DNA of 64,000 nucleotides from an uncultured cyanobacterium. Lineage in GTDB: Bacteria; Cyanobacteriota; Cyanobacteriia; PCC-9006; JAAUQQ01. Both the position numbers and the translations under genes were made by a program. Under the pieces are notes generated by a model. It was given only the letters and a program-made list of their open reading frames with translations, was not told the DNA's origin and searched no databases. The stretch covers positions 3,488,001-3,552,000 of the forward strand of contig OY970368.1 in assembly GCA_963718615.1 (NCBI GenBank), given 5' to 3'. Position 1 is the first letter of the stretch; the number at the start of each line of letters is the position of its first letter. Shown one piece after another: positions 11,018-21,010 of this stretch.

Positions 11018-11851
11018 CTACTCATCATGGCTGAAGCGACGGAAGAGAAAATCTAGGGCCTCATTGCGCAGCTCAATATAGCGAGGATTTTCAGCCAGTT
11101 GTTCGCGATCGCGAGGTCGCTCAAAGGGAATTTCTAGAATTTCACCAATAGTTGCAGCCGGCCCATTGGTCATCATGACGACGCGATCGGCCAATAGCAG
11201 GGCTTCATCAATATCATGGGTAATCATCAACACCGTACAGCGATGATCTTGCCAAATCGTTAATAATTCTTCTTGCAGCTCTTCCCGCGTAATGGCATCC
11301 AATGCACCAAAGGGCTCGTCCAGTACCAGAACTTCAGGACGAATCGCCAAAGCTCGTGCAATGGCAACCCGTTGCTTCATGCCACCGGAGAGTTGATGAG
11401 GATACTTCTTCGCCGCCGCAGAAAGGCCGACCATCTCTAGATGTTCATACACAATTTGTCGCTGTTGAACCTTGGATATTTCAGGGTAAACCGAGGCAAC
11501 CGCTAGTTGAATATTGTCAGCAGCGGTTTTCCAAGGTAGGAGAGAATAGTTTTGGAACACCACCATTCGGTCTGGTCCCGGCTTGCTAATCCGCCGTTCA
11601 TGGAGATAGACATCGCCACTGCTCGGTGGCGTAAACCCCGAGATCATATTGAGCAAGGTACTCTTGCCACAACCGGAATGACCAATGACACAAATAAATT
11701 CACCTTCGTCGACCGTGAGATTGATATTTTCAATAACGGAATAGGGGCCTTTCGGTGTTTCATAGACCTTAGAAACGTTGTGTAAAAACAAAAAAGGAGT
11801 TGTGGTAGTTGTAAGGGGGGATTGGGGCGTAACAGTATTGAGGTTTTGCAT
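11018..11851 (-). CDS. nrtD: Nitrate ABC transporter ATPase
   Basis: GHSGCGKST, LSGGMKQR; last gene of operon. Confidence 0.92.
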   Translation of the reverse strand: MQNLNTVTPQSPLTTTTTPFLFLHNVSKVYETPKGPYSVIENINLTVDEGEFICVIGHSGCGKSTLLNMISGFTPPSSGDVYLHERRISKPGPDRMVVFQNYSLLPWKTAADNIQLAVASVYPEISKVQQRQIVYEHLEMVGLSAAAKKYPHQLSGGMKQRVAIARALAIRPEVLVLDEPFGALDAITREELQEELLTIWQDHRCTVLMITHDIDEALLLADRVVMMTNGPAATIGEILEIPFERPRDREQLAENPRYIELRNEALDFLFRRFSHDE

Positions 11852-11913
11852 GGGCTTCGCGTGGCGCTATTTAGATTGAGCCCTGTCTCTAGAACAGGGC
11901 TTGGACAGGGCTG

Positions 11914-13926
11914 CTATGCAGCCTTGAAGGGGGTCGTAAGCGAAATTTCGCTAATTTTGAGCTCGCGATGGATCTCTAAATTTTCGAGATATTCTAGGGG
12001 GCGATCGGGATCAAAGATGAGTCCATCAAACAGAGCAAAGGGCAAACGACTACTAGGGTCAATATCTGGTAACCCCAATTGACGAGCAGCTTCTCCATAG
12101 AGATCAACACGGCGTACCCGTTCTACAATCTCTAGCCAATTTTTAGGAAAGGGCATCATTCCCCAACGGGCAAATTGGGTGAGTATCCACAGGGCTTCAA
12201 TCCGAGCCGGGGAATTAGCTTGCCCAACTTGAAATTGATGAAATCTCAAGAGCGAAACAGGGGATTGGCCATTACCATAGTCAAAGGGACCAACTAAACT
12301 GGGCCTCAGTCCCTCTAAGTTTAGCCCGCCGTACTCAGGACGGCTGAGCCACGCGATATAGTCCTTACGCTGGCGGAGATCATCACAGAGGGAACAGGCT
12401 TCTAGTAAGGCTTTAACGATCGCAATATGAGCGTGAGGATTACGATTAACCCAAGCTTCCGATATGCCAAGCACTTTTTCAGGATGACCCTGCCAAATAT
12501 CAAGATCCGTGGCCAACACATAGCCTGTTCCCTGGTGAATGGCTTCACTATTCCAGGGTTCGCCCACACACATCCCTGCCAAGGTGCCATTAGCCAGTTC
12601 CTCTAACAATTGAGCTGGCGGTAGGACTTGAATCTGAACGGATTCATCCGGATCAATGCCTTCTGCGGCTAACCAATATCGTAGGATTAGGTTCTGCATG
12701 GATGCCCCATGGGGAACCCCAAACGTAAGCTTTTGCCCCGGCCTTTGTCGAATCTCTTCTGCCAGATCCTGGAGTGAGTTTACGCCTATTTCCTGAAAAC
12801 GGCGGTGTAGGGTAATCGCATTTCCATTCCGACTCAGAACTAGGGCGGTGACGACAGGAAGAGGTGGGTTACCTCCCAATCCAGTTGTCATCGCCAATGG
12901 CATACAAGCTAGCATCTGGGCCGCATCCAAATGTCCTTGAGCCATTCTCTCGGAGAGCCTAGACCAGTTACTTTCCAAGCTCAGCTTTACAGAGATACCA
13001 TGTTTCTCAAAGAGGCCCTTCTCTTGGGCCACGATCAGCGGCAGACTATTGGCCGAAGGGACAAAACCAATATTAACGGTTTTGCTTTCTGGAGCTTTGC
13101 TGTAGCCAGCTAGGGTTGAGAGAGTTGTTTTTTGACGCTGTCTGGCTGCCCGCTTTTGTTGATTAAGAAAATAGAGTATTTGGCTTCGCAAATGATAGTA
13201 ATCTGGATGGTTAACCACCTCTAGACGATGCCGAGGTCGCTCGATCGGGACCTCCAAAATCTGACCAATATGGGCTTCGGGTCCATTAGTCAGCATGACC
13301 ACTCGATCCGAGAGTAAGAGTGCTTCATCAACATCATGGGTAACCATGATGGCTGTGACTTGGCTCTCTTGGCAAATCTGCATAAGGCGCTCTTGCAAAT
13401 TCCCTCTGGTTAAAGCATCTAGAGCTCCAAAGGGTTCATCTAAGAGTAGGAGCTTAGGCCGTGTTGCCAGGGCACGGGCGATCGCCACCCGTTGTTTCAT
13501 GCCTCCGGACAATTCATGGGGAAACTTATCGCGGGCATGGCGTAAGCCAACCAGATCAATGTGGTGTTCAATAATGTTACGACACTCAGTCAGGCCCGCT
13601 GTTTTATGAACCGTGTCAACGGCGAGGGCTATGTTTTGGTAAACCGTTTTCCACGGCAAAAGTGAATAATTTTGAAAAACAACCATCCGGTCTGGCCCCG
13701 GAGACTTGATTTCCCGTCCTTCCAATACAGCCCCGCCAACGGTGGCTCGGTCTAATCCCGCTACAATGTTGAGGAGTGTTGATTTCCCACAACCTGAGTG
13801 ACCAATCAGCGAAACAAATTCGCCTTTTTTAATCGTCAGATCAATCCCTTTGAGTGCGATATAGCGATCGCCATTCGGTAGTGGAAAAACTTTATCGACT
13901 CCATCAATTTCGATAAAAGCACTCAT
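11914..13926 (-). CDS. nrtC: Nitrate ABC transporter ATPase with C-terminal NrtA-like regulatory domain
   Basis: ABC domain plus C-terminal CVGEPW/GHPEK binding-protein-like domain. Confidence 0.93.
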   Translation of the reverse strand: MSAFIEIDGVDKVFPLPNGDRYIALKGIDLTIKKGEFVSLIGHSGCGKSTLLNIVAGLDRATVGGAVLEGREIKSPGPDRMVVFQNYSLLPWKTVYQNIALAVDTVHKTAGLTECRNIIEHHIDLVGLRHARDKFPHELSGGMKQRVAIARALATRPKLLLLDEPFGALDALTRGNLQERLMQICQESQVTAIMVTHDVDEALLLSDRVVMLTNGPEAHIGQILEVPIERPRHRLEVVNHPDYYHLRSQILYFLNQQKRAARQRQKTTLSTLAGYSKAPESKTVNIGFVPSANSLPLIVAQEKGLFEKHGISVKLSLESNWSRLSERMAQGHLDAAQMLACMPLAMTTGLGGNPPLPVVTALVLSRNGNAITLHRRFQEIGVNSLQDLAEEIRQRPGQKLTFGVPHGASMQNLILRYWLAAEGIDPDESVQIQVLPPAQLLEELANGTLAGMCVGEPWNSEAIHQGTGYVLATDLDIWQGHPEKVLGISEAWVNRNPHAHIAIVKALLEACSLCDDLRQRKDYIAWLSRPEYGGLNLEGLRPSLVGPFDYGNGQSPVSLLRFHQFQVGQANSPARIEALWILTQFARWGMMPFPKNWLEIVERVRRVDLYGEAARQLGLPDIDPSSRLPFALFDGLIFDPDRPLEYLENLEIHRELKISEISLTTPFKAA

Positions 13927-14771
13927 GATTTACTTTGTCCTCCACCGGGAATGACGAGACTACCGAGAAACCCTACGATCTTGTCGAGTAGAAGTCCAAC
14001 TAAGCCCACATAGATCAGGGCTAAGATAATCTCGCTAATCAATGAGCTGTTCCAGGCATCCCAAATAAAGAAGCCAATGCCAACGCCCCCGATTAACATT
14101 TCTGCTGCAACGATCGCGAGCCAAGACAAACCAATTCCGATTCTCAAGCCGGTGAATACATAGGGAACCGTAGCTGGAAAGAGAATTTCCTTAAAATAGT
14201 TGAATTGGGAAAGCTGGAGCACCTTCGCAACGTTTTTATAGTCCTGAGGAACCTGGTGAACTCCAACGGCTGTGTTAATGATGATGGGCCAGATCGCTGT
14301 AATAAAGATAACGAAAATGGCAGAGGGCTCACTAGCTTGAAAAGCTGCGAGAGAAAGGGGTAACCAAGCTAGAGGAGGAACGGTTCTTAAGACCTGGAAA
14401 ATGGGATCTAGGGCATCATAGACAATGCTAAAGTTGCCAATCAACATGCCAAGAAAGATTCCAACGATAGCTGAAATGCTAAATCCAATTAAAACTCGCT
14501 TCAGGCTAGCTAGAATTTGCCAGAATAGCCCAACATCAGTCCCTCCATTGTCAAAGAAGGGATCAATGATTAGGTCCCAAGTCTCTGTCAATACCTTGGT
14601 CGGTGAGGGTAAATTTGCCGTTGGACTGCTGCACAGAACTTGCCAGATCGCAAGCAAAATGAAAATGGCGATCGCAGAGGTTAACCAACGTCGCCCCTGA
14701 TTCTGAAACCACTCAGAAAATATGGAGGTCTGGGGCGATTGCACTCGATTGTTTGGAGAAATAACGGTCAT
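13923..14771 (-). CDS. nrtB: Nitrate ABC transporter permease
   Basis: QVLRTVPPLAWLP, GLRIGIGLSWLAIVAAEM. Confidence 0.93.
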   Translation of the reverse strand: MTVISPNNRVQSPQTSIFSEWFQNQGRRWLTSAIAIFILLAIWQVLCSSPTANLPSPTKVLTETWDLIIDPFFDNGGTDVGLFWQILASLKRVLIGFSISAIVGIFLGMLIGNFSIVYDALDPIFQVLRTVPPLAWLPLSLAAFQASEPSAIFVIFITAIWPIIINTAVGVHQVPQDYKNVAKVLQLSQFNYFKEILFPATVPYVFTGLRIGIGLSWLAIVAAEMLIGGVGIGFFIWDAWNSSLISEIILALIYVGLVGLLLDKIVGFLGSLVIPGGGQSKS

Positions 14772-14798
14772 GCTTAGAATTACGCGGCAATAAACGAC

Positions 14799-16133
14799 TT
14801 AGATCTTTTTGATTTTCAAACTCTCAAGATAAGCCTTGGGATTTTCAGGATCAAACTTCACCCCATCAAAGAAGGTTTCTATTCCCCGAGAGGTACTTTT
14901 CGGAATAGCAGCCTCCTGGCCAATGGCTTTAGCAGCGGCTTGCCAGATGTCTTCACGATTGACTTGGTCAATTAAAGCTTGGGTATCTAGATCCGGTTCG
15001 AAGTATCCCCAGCGAATGTCTTCAGTTAAGAACCATAAATCGTGACTCTTAAAGGGATAAGAGGCATTTCGCTCCCAGTAAGTTTGCATCAAAGTTGTAT
15101 CATTCAGAGTACGGCTATTGCCGAAATCAAATAAGCCTTTTGACCGATCGAGAATATCGGTTACAGGTACTTTAAACCACTCCCGTTTAGCCAAGATGTT
15201 ACACATCTCTTCTTTATTTTCAGGCTTGTCACACCAGATTTGGGCTTCTTGAACCGCCATCGTTAATGCTTGGGCCGCTTGAGGGTTTGCATCTACCCAG
15301 TCTGCACGCATGGCAAAAGACTTTTCGGGATGGTCTTTCCAGATTTCGCCTGTGGTGAGTGCACCAAATCCGACCTGTTGATTGACGGTTTGCAGGGGCC
15401 AAGGCTCACCCACACAAAATGCCTCCATGGTATTAGTTTTCATGTTTGCCACCATCTGCGGCGGTGGAACGACAATAGTAGAGACATCTTTATCTGGATC
15501 GATGCCTGCCGCTGCTAGCCAATAGCGCATCCACAAATCATGGGTACCACCCGGAAAAGTGACTGCAACCTTCACGTCTTTTCCTTCACTCTTTGCCTTA
15601 GAAAAGGCTTCTTTTAAGGGACTTGCATCCGTAGAGACATTCAGATCTTTGTAAGTGTTTGCCAGTTGAATTCCTTGGCCATTCACATTTAATCGGGCCA
15701 AAATATACATCGGGACAGGTTTCCCATCTGTAACTTTACCTGTTGTCAATAGGTAAGGCATAGGGGTTAAGATATGAGCCCCATCGATGCCCCCTCCGCC
15801 GGAACCCAGTACCAAATTATCGCGAGTTGCCCCCCAAGAAGCCTGTTTGCTCACCTCTACATCAGGCATTCCATATTTTGCAAAAATTCCTTTTTCCTTG
15901 GCAACAATCAGTGGAGCAGAGTCGGTTAAAGCGATAAAACCAAGCTTAGCTGTCGTGACCTCTGGAGTAATACTCCCACTGGGAGCGGAGGCCGTTGAAT
16001 TCGTGGCATCTGCTGTGCCTGTTACCGGCGCAGCAGCGTTCTCACCACCTGAACTACAACTGTTGAGCAAAACGGCGGCTGTTGCAGTTGCCCCAGTAGT
16101 CCACAAAAAACGACGTCTAGAAACTTTAGCCAT
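14799..16133 (-). CDS. nrtA: Nitrate/nitrite-binding lipoprotein
   Basis: SRRRFL and lipobox; GFIALTD, GAHILTPMPY, PGGTHDLW match NrtA rather than CmpA; NtcA promoter upstream. Confidence 0.92.
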   Translation of the reverse strand: MAKVSRRRFLWTTGATATAAVLLNSCSSGGENAAAPVTGTADATNSTASAPSGSITPEVTTAKLGFIALTDSAPLIVAKEKGIFAKYGMPDVEVSKQASWGATRDNLVLGSGGGGIDGAHILTPMPYLLTTGKVTDGKPVPMYILARLNVNGQGIQLANTYKDLNVSTDASPLKEAFSKAKSEGKDVKVAVTFPGGTHDLWMRYWLAAAGIDPDKDVSTIVVPPPQMVANMKTNTMEAFCVGEPWPLQTVNQQVGFGALTTGEIWKDHPEKSFAMRADWVDANPQAAQALTMAVQEAQIWCDKPENKEEMCNILAKREWFKVPVTDILDRSKGLFDFGNSRTLNDTTLMQTYWERNASYPFKSHDLWFLTEDIRWGYFEPDLDTQALIDQVNREDIWQAAAKAIGQEAAIPKSTSRGIETFFDGVKFDPENPKAYLESLKIKKI

Positions 16134-16232
16134 AAATCAACGATCCTCAACTTTCTCAATCTTGTTAAAGCAGACCCGGCATCTGGACAGATAAGCACTT
16201 GCCGCATGCACATCGCAGTCATGACTGTGATG

Positions 16233-16274
16233 ACTGTATGGATATCGAACCTCTGAAAGCGTATTCAAGGCTAC
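16233..16274 (-). promoter_or_regulatory. NtcA-activated promoter of nrtABCD
   Basis: Minus strand GTAGCCTTGAATAC (GTA-N8-TAC), 22 nt, then TACAGT (TAN3T): canonical spacing. Confidence 0.9.
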
Positions 16275-16517
16275 TAAAGTCCTTGGGCAATGCGATTTCA
16301 GGATTTAAGTAATGCAGTTTTGGAGATCTTGAAAATTTCTATACGACTCTGCTGTCAGTACACTTGGGGGCAACCGGGAGCCTTAAACGCATTGAGTTGC
16401 AATATCATCATGGCAATTCTCTGGGGGATGAGGCAGGAGAGGGATGAGAGATGTCCTCGGTCGGCAGGTTGCCAAAATTATCGCTAGAATCTAAGGACTG
16501 CCTTTTGCGGTGGACCT

Positions 16518-16835
16518 ATGGCAACCAAACAACAGTTTGCAAGTTTTGACGAGATGCTGGCGAGTTCAGACAAGCCGGTGTTGGTGGATTTTTACGCCCC
16601 TTGGTGCGGTCCTTGCCAGATGATGGCGGGAATTTTGGAGCAGGTGAAACAGCAATTGGGCGATCGCCTCCAGGTTGTCAAAATTAATACAGACAACTAT
16701 CCCGCCATCGCCACTCAGCATCGCATCGAAGCCCTACCCACCCTGGTGTTATTTAAACAGGGTCAGCCCTGCGATCGCATTGAAGGGGTGTTGCGCACTG
16801 AGCAGCTCGTCCAGCGGTTGAAAACCAAGCTTTAA
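16518..16835 (+). CDS. Thioredoxin
   Basis: VDFYAPWCGPC. Confidence 0.96.
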   Translation: MATKQQFASFDEMLASSDKPVLVDFYAPWCGPCQMMAGILEQVKQQLGDRLQVVKINTDNYPAIATQHRIEALPTLVLFKQGQPCDRIEGVLRTEQLVQRLKTKL

Positions 16836-16857
16836 TGGATCATGACATCAGCCTAGA

Positions 16858-17760
16858 TTGACCATGATCGATTCGCCGGAACTGCTCATTTTCGCCCAGC
16901 ATGGCTGGTCTGATACAGCCCAGGATCTGGAAGGGTTGGTGCGATCGCTCGCTCCGTCCAACGGTAAAGTCATTGCCCCTAGCCTCGATTTTTGGACCAC
17001 TTGGCTGCGCATTGAGCCCCTAATTCGCCAGAAAGAAGCGATTGTGGCAGAGGCGATCGCCGCCTATCCCAAAATTCCCATTCGCGTTGTAGGGCATTCC
17101 ATGGGGGGCCTGATCTGGACTGAGCTGTTGCATCGCCATCCTGAATGGTGGCCCCGGATTGAATCCTTTATTCTCGTCGGGTCTCCCATTGGGGGCTCTG
17201 ATCTTGCGCGCTTGATTGATCCCCTGGGTCTCGGTATTGGCATTGCGCGGGATCTGGGCCTCGGTCGCCGCGCCTTGGCGGCGGAGTTGGCCCAGCACAT
17301 ACCGATGCTTGTTATTGCCGCAGATATTGGGGAGGGGACTGACGGCATGGTGACCGTAGAATGCACTAAAATTCCTGGTGCTCAGTTTGTGCTGTTGCCG
17401 AATATTCCCCACGCGACGATGAAAGTCCATCCCAAGGTGGGCGAGGCAATTCAGCAGTTTTGGGCCCATCCTTCGTTTGTCGTGCGGGGTCAGCAGGATT
17501 TGGGCGATCGCCTCCTCGAACAGCTCTATGCCATCCCCGGCATGACAGATGCTTCCTATCGCAACTTTCCCCGTGCCAAAATCTGGCACACTTGGGACCA
17601 GGGCTTAACGCTGCGTACCTGGAAGAACTCGGCCCAGATTGAGCATGTCTTTCTGGCAGATGCCGCCGGGGATTGTCTGTTCGCAGGCTATGTGGGTTGG
17701 TTGCACAACGCTGATCTAAAGCGTCAGCTTGTGGAATTGAAAAATATCCAATCGACCTAA
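16858..17760 (+). CDS. Alpha/beta-fold hydrolase
   Basis: QHGW, GHSMGG nucleophile elbow, DGMV, His. Confidence 0.85.
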   Translation: MTMIDSPELLIFAQHGWSDTAQDLEGLVRSLAPSNGKVIAPSLDFWTTWLRIEPLIRQKEAIVAEAIAAYPKIPIRVVGHSMGGLIWTELLHRHPEWWPRIESFILVGSPIGGSDLARLIDPLGLGIGIARDLGLGRRALAAELAQHIPMLVIAADIGEGTDGMVTVECTKIPGAQFVLLPNIPHATMKVHPKVGEAIQQFWAHPSFVVRGQQDLGDRLLEQLYAIPGMTDASYRNFPRAKIWHTWDQGLTLRTWKNSAQIEHVFLADAAGDCLFAGYVGWLHNADLKRQLVELKNIQST

Positions 17761-17825
17761 AATCTAAAAATTACCAAAATCACTAAAATCATAAGGGTGG
17801 AGATTCGTCCTAGGGAACCAACAGA

Positions 17826-18710
17826 ATGAACGTCGCAATGATTGGCATGGGAACGATGGGGGCTGCAATGGCGCTTAATGTGCTCAAGGCGGGGCATGGG
17901 GTGACGGTGCATAATCGCAGGCGCGATCGCGAACTTCCCTTGGTTGCAGCGGGAGCAAACCGAGCGGATTCTCCCCAAGCGGCGGCGATGGGGGCAGCGG
18001 TCATTATTACCTGTGTGAGTGATACAACTGATGTGGAAGCGGTTATTCTGGGTGAAACGGGTGTGATTCAGAGTGCAGCCCCTGGCTCCGTGGTGGTTGA
18101 CATGTCAACCATTAGCCCCAGTGCCACCCGCCGCATTGCGGCAGCCCTGGCTGAGAAGCAAATTGCGATGCTAGATGCACCGGTTTCCGGGGGCTCGGAG
18201 GGGGCTAAAAATGGGACGCTTTCGATTATGGTGGGGGGTGATGCGGTTGCTTTAACAACAGCAATGCCAGTTTTGGAGGCGATGGGGAAAACCATTACCC
18301 ACGTGGGGCCGATTGGGGCAGGGCAGCTCACCAAGGCCATCAACCAAATTATTATTGCCGGGACTTACTGGGGGGTAGCGGAGGGGCTGGCCCTGGGAAT
18401 GAAGGCGGGGTTGGACATGGAAAAAGTGGTTCAGGCGGTGGGGGGCGGAGCGGCGGGCTCCTGGGGGCTGACCCATCGCTCGGGCAATATGCTCAACAAT
18501 GACTATCCCCTGGGGTTCCGAATGCGGTTCCACCGTAAGGATTTAGGGATTGCCCTGGAGGCGGCGCGGGAGTTGGGGGTGACAGTGCCGATGGCGGCGT
18601 TTGTGGAGCAGATCGAAAATGGTTTGATTAACCGGGGATTTGGGGATGAGGATGTGTCGGCGATCGCCCGAACGGTCCGGGAGCAATCGGGGATTGATGG
18701 GGAAGGATAG
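17826..18710 (+). CDS. 3-hydroxyisobutyrate dehydrogenase / tartronate semialdehyde reductase family
   Basis: GMGTMG, DAPVSGG, catalytic KAINQ, KDL. Confidence 0.93.
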   Translation: MNVAMIGMGTMGAAMALNVLKAGHGVTVHNRRRDRELPLVAAGANRADSPQAAAMGAAVIITCVSDTTDVEAVILGETGVIQSAAPGSVVVDMSTISPSATRRIAAALAEKQIAMLDAPVSGGSEGAKNGTLSIMVGGDAVALTTAMPVLEAMGKTITHVGPIGAGQLTKAINQIIIAGTYWGVAEGLALGMKAGLDMEKVVQAVGGGAAGSWGLTHRSGNMLNNDYPLGFRMRFHRKDLGIALEAARELGVTVPMAAFVEQIENGLINRGFGDEDVSAIARTVREQSGIDGEG

Positions 18711-18725
18711 AGGCGAAAACGCCAT

Positions 18726-18947
18726 TTCCAGTCGCTCGGCTTCGGCGAGTTTGGCGGCGGCTTCTGCGGTTTTGCCTTGGTGCCCTAGGGCTTGGGCTTG
18801 GGCGTGAAGGAATTGGGCGGTTTCGGGGCGGCTCCAGGCTTGGGTTTTGCAGACTTCGTAGGCTTGGTGGGCGTAGTCGGTTTTGGGTACAACTAGATCG
18901 CTGTGGAACATGAGTTTGTTGCAGCAGTCCCGCAGCCAGTTTTGCCA
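18726..18947 (-). repeat. Displaced copy 3 of the 222-bp 3' tail of the caspase-STAND-WD40 gene
   Basis: Collinear with 21360-21581, no indels, about 26 mismatches by hand count. Confidence 0.95.
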
Positions 18948-18955
18948 AAAACCAA

Positions 18956-19306
18956 TCAATTGATGTCTAGAACGATCGCGAGAGCCTGGGTTACCTGAGT
19001 CATTGTCTTAGGACTGATCACTCCCAGTTGTCGGATTAATCGCTGCTGTGAGACAGAGCGTACCTGAAAAGCATCGGCTGCTGAAACTTTAGTCAGTTGA
19101 TTTTCTGGAGATGGGTCTAGCCGAACCATCCAGGGCACCTGGGAGAATGCCCCATTCCAGCCTGTGATGGGAACGATGACTTTGAGGCGGAGTTTACCGA
19201 TTTCGTCATTGTTGACAATGATTGCGGGTCGGGTTTTGCCGATTTCGTCACCCAAGGTGGGGTTGGCATTGTAGAGCCAGATTTCACCTCTACGCATAGT
19301 CTGCAT
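18956..19306 (-). CDS. PemK/MazF-family toxin
   Basis: RRGEIW..GDEIGKTRPAIIV..VPIT..FQVRSVS. Confidence 0.93.
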   Translation of the reverse strand: MQTMRRGEIWLYNANPTLGDEIGKTRPAIIVNNDEIGKLRLKVIVPITGWNGAFSQVPWMVRLDPSPENQLTKVSAADAFQVRSVSQQRLIRQLGVISPKTMTQVTQALAIVLDIN

Positions 19307-19568
19307 AGTCCTGAATAGCTTCAGGATCCTCGTCGGTCCATTGGGTTAGTTCGCTGTTTGCTTCATAGAAAGGTTGCATCTGAGCAACGGCTTCGGCCAG
19401 GGTTGCGGATGGGGCTTTGGGGGCCAGGGCTCGGCGTAACAATTGGGAGGCGACTTCGATGACTTCTAGAATATCTTCCAGGGAGAAGTGGCGGAGGGCG
19501 GCGAGGACTTCAGCTTTGTTCATGGATTGTGCTGATCCAGAAGTGTCTGGGGTGGGGGTGAGGGTCAT
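19290..19568 (-). CDS. Putative antitoxin of the PemK toxin
   Basis: Overlaps toxin start; acidic C-terminus; N-terminus homologous to the antitoxin at 20260-20493 (start may be 19523). Confidence 0.75.
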   Translation of the reverse strand: MTLTPTPDTSGSAQSMNKAEVLAALRHFSLEDILEVIEVASQLLRRALAPKAPSATLAEAVAQMQPFYEANSELTQWTDEDPEAIQDYADYA

Positions 19569-19633
19569 GGGGGAGGGTGGCGGTGGGTTTGGTGGTCTGT
19601 GATGTTCTATTTTAACGGGTCATTTTTTTGGGG

Positions 19634-19855
19634 TTCCAGCCGTTCGGCTTCGGCGAGTTTGGCGGCGGCTTCTGCGGTTTTGCCTTGGCACGCTAGGGCA
19701 TGGGCTTGAGCGAGAAAGAATTGGGCGGTTTCGGGGCGGGTCCAGGCGTGGGTTTTGCAGACCTCGCAGGCTCGGCGGGCAAAGTCGGTTTTAGGGTTGA
19801 CGAGATCGCTGTGGAACATGAGTTTGGTGCAGCAGTCGTGGAGCGAGTCGCGCTA
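19634..19855 (-). repeat. Displaced copy 2 of the 222-bp 3' tail
   Basis: Collinear with 21360-21581; starts right after the vapC stop codon. Confidence 0.95.
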
Positions 19856-20242
19856 CTACCAAATCACAGTGACTGGATACTGGATGACGAACTGATCAAT
19901 GCTAATGATGGGGATTGCTTCAACTTGGCTCTGTGCCACCAAGAGACGATCGAAGGGGTCTCGATGTAAATCAGGCAGGAAGGCGATCTGAAGTACATGG
20001 GACAAGTTGACTGGCAGAATGGAAAACTGATTGGCTTCAAGACGAGAGGGAATGTAGGTTTGGGCGGGTTCTGGCAGTGTTAATTTTCCGGTTCCTTGTT
20101 TGATCGTGATTTCCCAAGCGCTCACGACACTGAAGATAATGGTGTTTTCAGGGTTGGTAATTGCCGCTCTGGCAACTGCTGATAGTTGTGCATTATCTGT
20201 GACCCACCAGAGGAAGGCATGGGTATCCAGAAGGATGTTCAT
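19856..20242 (-). CDS. VapC PIN-domain toxin
   Basis: LLDTHAFLWW..SAWEI..HRDPFDRLLVAQ. Confidence 0.94.
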   Translation of the reverse strand: MNILLDTHAFLWWVTDNAQLSAVARAAITNPENTIIFSVVSAWEITIKQGTGKLTLPEPAQTYIPSRLEANQFSILPVNLSHVLQIAFLPDLHRDPFDRLLVAQSQVEAIPIISIDQFVIQYPVTVIW

Positions 20243-20259
20243 CAGGATGAAGCATTGGA

Positions 20260-20493
20260 TTACAAGGGATTGAGGAAGTCATTCAGGATGCTGTCTGGGA
20301 GGGGATCGTTGAAGTCTGCTGCGACGAAGACTTTACCCTTGTCTTGGCCGGGGATGCGGGGGCGTAGGGCGGCGGCTGGTTTTGGGGTGGGCAGGATGAG
20401 TTTGCGCAGATGCTGGGAGGCGACTTCGATGACTTCTAGGATTTCTTCGAGGGAGAAGTGGCGCAGGGCGTCGAGAACTTCGGTTTTACTCAT
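20260..20493 (-). CDS. Antitoxin (DUF2281/VapB-like)
   Basis: C-terminal RIPGQDKGKVFVAADFNDPLP typical of PIN partners; upstream of vapC. Confidence 0.82.
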   Translation of the reverse strand: MSKTEVLDALRHFSLEEILEVIEVASQHLRKLILPTPKPAAALRPRIPGQDKGKVFVAADFNDPLPDSILNDFLNPL

Positions 20494-20555
20494 GGCGGGT
20501 TCTGGGTCGGATCGGGCTTGTCGTCTATTTTAGCGGGTCATGGGCTGGGCTCGGG

Positions 20556-20618
20556 GGCGAGCCGTTGGGCTTCGGTGAGTCTGGCGGCGGCGGCTTCGGG
20601 GTGGCCTTGAGTAGCCAG
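20556..20618 (-). repeat. Partial, more diverged copy 1 of the tail
   Basis: Reads LATQGHPEAAAARLTEAQRLA versus LQRQGNTAEATTKLAEAERLE; followed by ATGACCCGYTAAAATAGA shared with copy 2. Confidence 0.8.
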
Positions 20619-20620
20619 AA

Positions 20621-21007
20621 CTAGGCGGCAATGGGGACTCTGGCGTCGAAGTGTTCAATGAGGAGGAGGCGCAGGTGGTCGAGTTGTTCGATGTATTGCT
20701 TGGTTTGAGGGTAGGTTGGCCAGTTTTCAAAGTACCAGGCCGTGAAGTAGTCGATTTGAAAAGCGTTGAGTTTGCGTAGGTGGTTGAGGGTTTCATCGTT
20801 GGGATGTAATGGTGGATTGAGGGAGATCGTCTCTACATACCCCTGAATGTCACCCGAAAATAGTTCAAGGGTGCCGAGAATTGAAAATTCTAGGTCCTCT
20901 TCCCATTGAGATAAGGCTTTGCGTTCGTCTTTCATTTGGCGATATAGATCGTCCATTTGAGCAGACAGCAATTGCATGTGAGTAATGGCTGGATTTATAG
21001 CTTTCAT
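20621..21007 (-). CDS. Hypothetical protein, possible immunity/antitoxin
   Basis: 128 aa, acidic and helical; starts 3 nt after the preceding stop. Confidence 0.6.
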   Translation of the reverse strand: MKAINPAITHMQLLSAQMDDLYRQMKDERKALSQWEEDLEFSILGTLELFSGDIQGYVETISLNPPLHPNDETLNHLRKLNAFQIDYFTAWYFENWPTYPQTKQYIEQLDHLRLLLIEHFDARVPIAA

Positions 21008-21010
21008 GGT

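Noticed and set aside
11018-16133. cmpABCD bicarbonate or cynABD cyanate transporter
   Set aside because: Binding-protein motifs match NrtA, there is a four-gene layout with NrtC, and an NtcA promoter is present.
18543-18959. 138-aa ORF (and the 70-aa ORF at 19607-19819) as independent genes
   Set aside because: They are the displaced tail copies; the first runs into the convergent dehydrogenase. Translation is not excluded but unsupported.
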